From the NCBI GenBank assembly GCA_025362615.1, contig JANYFQ010000630.1, positions 1 to 34,390 of the forward strand: DNA of 34,390 bases, given 5' to 3'. The notes beneath the pieces are model-generated. The model had not been told where the DNA came from and did no database searches. It saw only the letters and a program-made list of their open reading frames with translations. The stretch comes from Hymenobacter sp. (GTDB taxonomy: Bacteria > Bacteroidota > Bacteroidia > Cytophagales > Hymenobacteraceae). A program made the position numbers and the translations under genes. Shown here piece after piece: positions 29,808 through 34,390 of the stretch (position 1 is its first letter; each line of letters begins with the position of its first letter).

Positions 29808-30115
29808 AGCACCTCATCCACACCCTCAACAAAGCCTTCGACCACCGGGTGCGCCTCGGAGTGATGGCCGTGCTGATGACCACCGAAACTGTGAGCTTCA
29901 ACGACTTGAAGGATATTCTGGGCCTTACCGACGGCAACCTGGCCAGCCACGTAGCTGCCCTCGAAAGAGCCGACTATTTGCTGGTGAGCAAGCAGTTTAT
30001 CGGCAAGAAGCCGAATACGACTTATGCCGCCACGGCGGCAGGACGGGCAGCATTTCGGGCGCATTTGGCAACCCTGGAACAACTGACCGCAGATTCAAAC
30101 GGATTGAACGGATGA
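29804..30115 (+). CDS. Winged helix-turn-helix transcriptional regulator (HTH_34/ArsR-MarR-like)
   Basis: LNKAFDHRVRLGVM..SFNDLK..LTDGNLASH..LE..K.F.GKKPNT.Y..T..GR.AF. Confidence 0.9.
   Translation: MKHLIHTLNKAFDHRVRLGVMAVLMTTETVSFNDLKDILGLTDGNLASHVAALERADYLLVSKQFIGKKPNTTYAATAAGRAAFRAHLATLEQLTADSNGLNG
30087..30115 (+). repeat. Single arm of the ACGGAT 9-mer element fused into the regulator's 3' end
   Basis: ccgcagattcaaacggattgaacggatga is 28/29 identical to 14763-14791 and ends in the TGA stop. Confidence 0.85.
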
Positions 30116-30140
30116 CGGCGCTTTGCGCCTGACTGTGCGG

Positions 30141-30281
30141 TTGGCGCGGGGCTCTGCCCCGTGCCGAAGTGCTGCGGGCCTCTGGCCCGTACTTCAGGCC
30201 GAAATTGCGAGGATGGAAAACCGTTCAACGATTGGGGGCTGCGCCCCCAGCACTGCGGCACGGGGCACAGCCCTGCGCCAA
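30141..30281. repeat. Inverted REP doublet (REPIN-like)
   Basis: ttggcgcggggctctgccccgtgccgaagtgctgcggg (30141-30178) and its inverted copy (30244-30281). Each arm holds its own hairpin ggcgcggggc..gccccgtgcc. Confidence 0.8.
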
Positions 30282-30328
30282 GCTTAAAAATGTCTTCGAG
30301 CCTTTGCGGCTTGTTTTTTTGAATAAAT

Positions 30329-30348
30329 ACTTTGAAACACAAAGCACT
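30329..30348 (+). promoter_or_regulatory. Second copy of operator ACTTTG-N5-CAAAGCACT
   Basis: actttgaaacacaaagcact, 8 nt before the ATG at 30357. Upstream TTTG at 30303-30306. Confidence 0.7.
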
Positions 30349-30356
30349 TTAATAAA

Positions 30357-32060
30357 ATGAAAAACACGATTTCGATGTCCTGGCCGGCGGCTGGTGCCAA
30401 TGCCAAGAGCGGGCCGGTGCCGCTGGCGCTCAACGCGGCGCAGAAGCTGCTGCTGCCGGTGGGGGTTTTGTTGTTTGACTACTTGTTTTGGCAGCAAGGC
30501 AGTGGGGCGAATGTGCTGATGTTTACGGTGTTTGTGCTGGGGGGGCAGTTGCTGGTGTGGCCGGCCCATGCGGCGGCGCGGCGCAGTGGGCGGGTGGGGT
30601 TGGCGGCGGCGGGCTGTTTGGTAAGCGCGGTGGCGGTGGCGGTGTACGGGTCGGGGGCAGCGGTGCTGGCAAGTTGGGTGTCGCTGGCGGTGCTGCTGGG
30701 GTTTGCCAATCAGCCGCACTTGCGGTTGGTGCTCTTTGCGGGGCTGACGGGCCTGGGCAGCGCGGCGCGGGCCGGGGCGCGGGTGCTGCACGGGTTGCGG
30801 CTGCCGGCCGCTGCTTCGGGGGCCGGGGTGCGCCGGGGCTGGTTTTACGGGCGGCTGGCGGGGCTGCCGCTGCTGGCGCTAGGGGCGTTTCACGGGCTGT
30901 TTGCCGCCGCCAACCCGCGCTACGACGCCTGGAGCGGGCGGGCGCTGGAGGTATTGGGCGAGTGGCTGGCGCGGCTCTGGCCCGACGTTTCGCTGGCCCA
31001 CCTGCTGTTTTCGGGGGGCGGGTTTCTGGTGGTGGCCGGGGCGCTGGTGGCGGTGCCCATACACGCCTGGGCCGACCGCGAAGGCCGCCTGGGCGAATTT
31101 GTGCGGCGGCAGCGCGACCGGGTGGCCTCGTTGGCCGTGCGCCGGCCCGATTTTGCCGCCCGCAGCTTCCGCGCCCTCGACTTACGCAAGGAGTGGCTTA
31201 TCGCCCTGGCCGTGTGCGGGTTAGTTAATGCGCTGCTGCTCGTTGTGAACGCCATTGATGTGCAGTGGCTGTGGTTTGGTTTCGTGCCGCCGGCGGACTT
31301 CAACCTGGCGCAGTTCGTTCATGAAGGTACTTGGGTGCTGATTTTCAGTATTTTGCTGGCGATGGGCATCGTGTTGTGGTTTTTCCGGCGCAACCTCAAT
31401 TTTTACGCGCCGGGGCGGCGGCCGTTGCAAATGCTGGCCACGGCTTGGGTGCTGCAAAACGCGGTGCTGGCCGTGTCGGTAGGGTTGCGGAACTACTATT
31501 ACATTCACTACAGCGGCCTGGCTTACAAGCGGATAGGCGTAGTGTTTTTTCTGGTGCTGGTGCTGTTCGGGCTGGGCACGGTGTTGCTCAAAATCTGGCA
31601 GCGACGCTCGGCCTTCGGCCTCGTGCGCCTCAATGCCTGGGCCGCCTACGCCGTGCTGCTGGCCCTGGCCGTCGGCAACTGGGAAGTGTGGATAGCCCGC
31701 TACAACCTGCAGCCGCGTTTCGCCCACATCGACGTTGGTTTTTTGCTTGATATGCCCGGTCGGGTGCTGCCCACGCTGCTCGAACGCCGCGCCGTGCTGG
31801 GCCAGAGGGCGATGCTGACAACTGATAATACCACTGTATATCAGGTAGTTGATGAAGGTGGCGGGAGTATTGTTGCTGCCAGCAACGATGTTCTCACGGT
31901 GGCCCAGGCCCAGGCGCTGCTCAATGGGCGGGTGGCCGACTGGCAGGCCGCCTACGCCGCCCAATCGGGCTGGCAAAGCCGCTGCTACGCCGATTGGCAG
32001 GCGTACCGGCAGCTTTTGCAAATAACCGATTCAACCCCAAACAGAGCAAAAAACCTGTGA
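30357..32060 (+). CDS. DUF4173/DUF4153-family polytopic membrane protein
   Basis: Many TM helices; F..AN..Y, QFVHEG, RNYYYIHYSGLAYKRIGV, IARYN, IDVGFL motifs. Confidence 0.85.
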   Translation: MKNTISMSWPAAGANAKSGPVPLALNAAQKLLLPVGVLLFDYLFWQQGSGANVLMFTVFVLGGQLLVWPAHAAARRSGRVGLAAAGCLVSAVAVAVYGSGAAVLASWVSLAVLLGFANQPHLRLVLFAGLTGLGSAARAGARVLHGLRLPAAASGAGVRRGWFYGRLAGLPLLALGAFHGLFAAANPRYDAWSGRALEVLGEWLARLWPDVSLAHLLFSGGGFLVVAGALVAVPIHAWADREGRLGEFVRRQRDRVASLAVRRPDFAARSFRALDLRKEWLIALAVCGLVNALLLVVNAIDVQWLWFGFVPPADFNLAQFVHEGTWVLIFSILLAMGIVLWFFRRNLNFYAPGRRPLQMLATAWVLQNAVLAVSVGLRNYYYIHYSGLAYKRIGVVFFLVLVLFGLGTVLLKIWQRRSAFGLVRLNAWAAYAVLLALAVGNWEVWIARYNLQPRFAHIDVGFLLDMPGRVLPTLLERRAVLGQRAMLTTDNTTVYQVVDEGGGSIVAASNDVLTVAQAQALLNGRVADWQAAYAAQSGWQSRCYADWQAYRQLLQITDSTPNRAKNL

Positions 32061-32117
32061 TTTTCAGTCCGGCACTTTCATCAGCTAATCGTTCACAATC
32101 AACCCATAAAACCAGTC

Positions 32118-32339
32118 ATGCTTCAACTCCCCAACTTCCTGCTCACGGCCCTGACCTTGCTTTTTTGCGCCGGCGATGTGGCCGCCCTCGGTTTTCTGCT
32201 CGCCTGGCAAGAGCGGGCGGCCTCGTACCGCGCCCGCCGTGCCCGCTGGTGGCGCGGCGTGGTGCCGGGGGCTACGGTGTTGGGGGCGCTGCTGCTGCTG
32301 GCCATGTGGCAAACCATGCGCCTGTGGGCTGACCAATAA
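32118..32339 (+). CDS. Small 2-TM hypothetical protein
   Basis: 73 aa, two hydrophobic helices, AT-rich leader, co-oriented with the operon. Confidence 0.6.
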   Translation: MLQLPNFLLTALTLLFCAGDVAALGFLLAWQERAASYRARRARWWRGVVPGATVLGALLLLAMWQTMRLWADQ

Positions 32340-32357
32340 CTGTCTATATTATTGATA

Positions 32358-32744
32358 ATGAAAATTTTTCCAATCATCGCGGTGGCCGTGCGCTGCTGGC
32401 GACCCGTGGCTCCCGTGGTGCCGCCATTGCTGTGGGTTATGGGCGCAGCCGTTGGATTGGCGGCCCTGAACCTGGTTTTTGAAGCCGAAATCTGGTCGGC
32501 CGGGGCCGGCAAAAAAGGAAGCTGGCTGGCCTTGTTGGGGCTGTTGCTGCTGGCCGGGGCGCAGGCCGTGCCGGTGTTGTGGGGCTGGCCGCCGCCGCCG
32601 TTGGCTCCGCGTTGGGGACAGCACCTCTGGCGCTTGGCAATAAGCGCGCTGGCTGTAGCGCTTGGCTTGGGCCTGCTGGCAGGAGCCGGAGTCGCACTGG
32701 TGTACTTGTCGATTCTGGTGGATGGAATGCCGCCGCAGGATTAA
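32358..32744 (+). CDS. Hypothetical membrane protein (~3 TM)
   Basis: Hydrophobic ORF ending just before a terminator. Confidence 0.55.
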   Translation: MKIFPIIAVAVRCWRPVAPVVPPLLWVMGAAVGLAALNLVFEAEIWSAGAGKKGSWLALLGLLLLAGAQAVPVLWGWPPPPLAPRWGQHLWRLAISALAVALGLGLLAGAGVALVYLSILVDGMPPQD

Positions 32745-32765
32745 CATGGGGATTCAACCCGAACC

Positions 32766-32801
32766 AAAAAAGCCCCTTGCCAAATTCGGCAAGGGGCTTT
32801 T
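32766..32801. terminator. Bidirectional intrinsic terminator
   Basis: aaaaaagccccttgcc-aaattc-ggcaaggggctttt between convergent genes. Confidence 0.85.
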
Positions 32802-32821
32802 GAAGAATCGGTGTCTTGAAT

Positions 32822-33151
32822 TTACGCCGTGACCTGGGCTTCGAGCTTCTGGGCCAGCACGTGCTTGGGCACGGCACCCACTTGCTTGTCAACCACCTGA
32901 CCATTTTTGAACACCAGCAGTGTGGGAATGCTGCGGATGCCGAACTTCATGCTGGTCTGCGGGTTAGCGTCCACATCGACCTTGCCGATGATGGCGCGGC
33001 CTTCGTACTCGCCGGCCAGTTCTTCGACCACCGGGCCGACCATTCGGCAGGGGCCGCACCATTCGGCCCAAAAATCTACGAGCACCGGCTTGTCGGAATT
33101 GATGATTTCCTCGAAGTTGGCGTCGGTTATTTCAATTGCTTTGTGTCCCAT
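32822..33151 (-). CDS. trxA: Thioredoxin 1
   Basis: [30 protein letters not shown]. Confidence 0.96.
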   Translation of the reverse strand: MGHKAIEITDANFEEIINSDKPVLVDFWAEWCGPCRMVGPVVEELAGEYEGRAIIGKVDVDANPQTSMKFGIRSIPTLLVFKNGQVVDKQVGAVPKHVLAQKLEAQVTA

Positions 33152-33302
33152 GATAAAGGGGAAATGAGGTTCAAAATGAGTGAACGGCTACGGGTTTCGT
33201 GGGCACGAAGGTAGCAGTTGGCGGGTAAAACACGGTTGGTAGGTTAAAGTTCAGCCACCGGGCGCGGCACCCGGCCAATGGCCGCAAGCGCCCGACCAGC
33301 AC

Positions 33303-33986
33303 CTACGGCAACTGCCAGCTAACGCCCAGCGAAGCCAGGTTGCGGAAGCGCCGGAAGCGGTAGTCGTTGGTGGTTTGGGCCGTAACCAGGTGGCCATAGC
33401 CGGCCCGAACGCTGAAGCCGGCGGGCAGCGCCACGCTCGCGTAGAGTTCGGAATTGAGCGAGCCGCGGTCGCGCAGGCCGCCCAGCAGCAGATTGCCAAA
33501 CACGGGTTCGGTGCGGTCGGAAGCAGGGCCTGATGGGCCGGGAAGGATTAGGCCGGGGGCCGGCGGTGGCAGCACGGGTGGGTACGTGCGCGTCCCCGGC
33601 CGGTCAGGGCCGACGCTGAAACCGGCCACGTCAAGGTTGAAGCCCAAGCCGACCGGCCCCGCTACCCGCGCCCGCACCTGAAACGCCATGTTCAGAGCCA
33701 GCGAGCGCGGCTCGGTCGCGGTGAGCACCACGTTTTCGGGGCCGGTCTGGCTGTCAAACGCGTTATTTTCAGCGAAGTAATGGCTGGCCCGCAGCCCCAG
33801 GCCCGCCTGAAACCGGCCGCCCGCGTCCAGCCCCCACAGCCGCCAGGCCGCCACGCTGCCCGCGTTGAGGGTGGGGCCGGTGGCGGCCATCAGGTCGAGC
33901 ACCGTGGCGTGTCGGGCCGGCGGGGCGGTTTGGGCCGGGGCCAGCAGCGGCAGGCCAAGCAGCGGGAGCAGGAGCAGGGGTTTCAT
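33303..33986 (-). CDS. Hypothetical outer-membrane beta-barrel-like protein
   Basis: Signal peptide APA-Q, alternating amphipathic strands, C-terminal LGVSWQLP. Confidence 0.65.
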   Translation of the reverse strand: MKPLLLLPLLGLPLLAPAQTAPPARHATVLDLMAATGPTLNAGSVAAWRLWGLDAGGRFQAGLGLRASHYFAENNAFDSQTGPENVVLTATEPRSLALNMAFQVRARVAGPVGLGFNLDVAGFSVGPDRPGTRTYPPVLPPPAPGLILPGPSGPASDRTEPVFGNLLLGGLRDRGSLNSELYASVALPAGFSVRAGYGHLVTAQTTNDYRFRRFRNLASLGVSWQLP

Positions 33987-34187
33987 GGGTGGTGAATTAC
34001 GGCAGCGAAAGTGTATAGTCGGGCGTAAAGATGCGAACAATCCGCTCCGTGTTAGTGGGCAGTGTTATCAAAGGCTTTTTGTTGCTTTCCGGCGGGTGCC
34101 TTTGAGCCGTTTTGTTGGCTGTCAGTCGCTGGCAAATTCAATTTTTCAGCGGTAGTTTTGCCACCAAAACCTTTCCGCCTGCCGACG

Positions 34188-34253
34188 ATGAACCGGAACT
34201 ACCCCTTACTTGCTGCCACGCTTGCCCTTGCCGTGGTCCAAGGACCGCACCTA
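34188..34253 (+). pseudogene. 5' fragment of a probable exported-protein gene cut by IS insertion
   Basis: -7 box TAGTTTTG (34153-34160), then MNRNYPLLAATLALAVVQGPHL running into CTAG. Confidence 0.45.
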
Positions 34254-34390
34254 GGTCGTGAGGACAATAAGAAGTTTAATGTAATTTTGCCTTATACAGC
34301 GACATTTCTATGCACCGACACGAAATTTCTGATGCCACTTGGGGGCTGGTCGCCCCGCACCTGTCCGGCAAGGCCGAGGACGGCGGCGTG
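34254..34390 (+). mobile_element. Left end of an IS5-family element; transposase begins at 34310 and is truncated by the window
   Basis: CTAG target-like site at 34251-34254, then GGTCGTGAGGACA putative terminal repeat, internal TAATTTTG box, and MHRHEISDATWGLVAPHLSGKAEDGGV (DUF4096-type N-terminus). Confidence 0.8.

Noticed and set aside
29160-31600. Strong G/T richness of the plus strand versus C richness at 4400-6600
   Set aside because: Patchy and partly explained by Gly/Val/Ala/Trp-rich TM segments. An inversion cannot be supported without a computed skew.
20091-33151. Two thioredoxin genes as boundaries of a duplicated or mobile block
   Set aside because: The proteins are clearly divergent paralogues with no nucleotide-level direct repeat or integrase.

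Overview
GC-rich Bacteroidota chromosome segment, most likely Hymenobacter-like (Cytophagales). This is inferred from TAnnTTTG promoters, T9SS C-terminal domains and the IPExxxVDY-acpP-fabF-rnc-pyk gene set. The backbone is housekeeping: a 5'-truncated hybrid histidine kinase plus a receiver protein, an MBL hydrolase, NFACT/RqcH, rsmG, a YheT-like hydrolase, rpsT, pyk, acpP-fabF-rnc, a TonB-dependent receptor with a DUF4249 lipoprotein, and two thioredoxins. Accessory DNA is interspersed: an orphan surface lipoprotein, an Rpn-like PD-(D/E)XK nuclease, an NHL-repeat/S8 protease/beta-propeller lipoprotein T9SS module, an HNH protein, a methyltransferase-UbiA pair, a winged-helix/DUF4173 membrane regulon, and an IS5-family end interrupting a small gene at the right edge. 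Four signals are absent from the ORF track. (1) An AT-rich, decayed, solitary integron-type gene cassette with an attC-like site lies between rpsT and pyk. (2) At least seven palindromic elements with arms built from 4/8-, 7- or 9-nt tandem units sit at gene junctions, and several supply start or stop codons. (3) GTAG-type REP hairpins supply stop codons and bracket the orphan lipoprotein. (4) A repeated ACTTTG-N5-CAAAGCACT operator defines a probable autoregulated regulon. All calls come from reading the sequence by eye; no searches were run.
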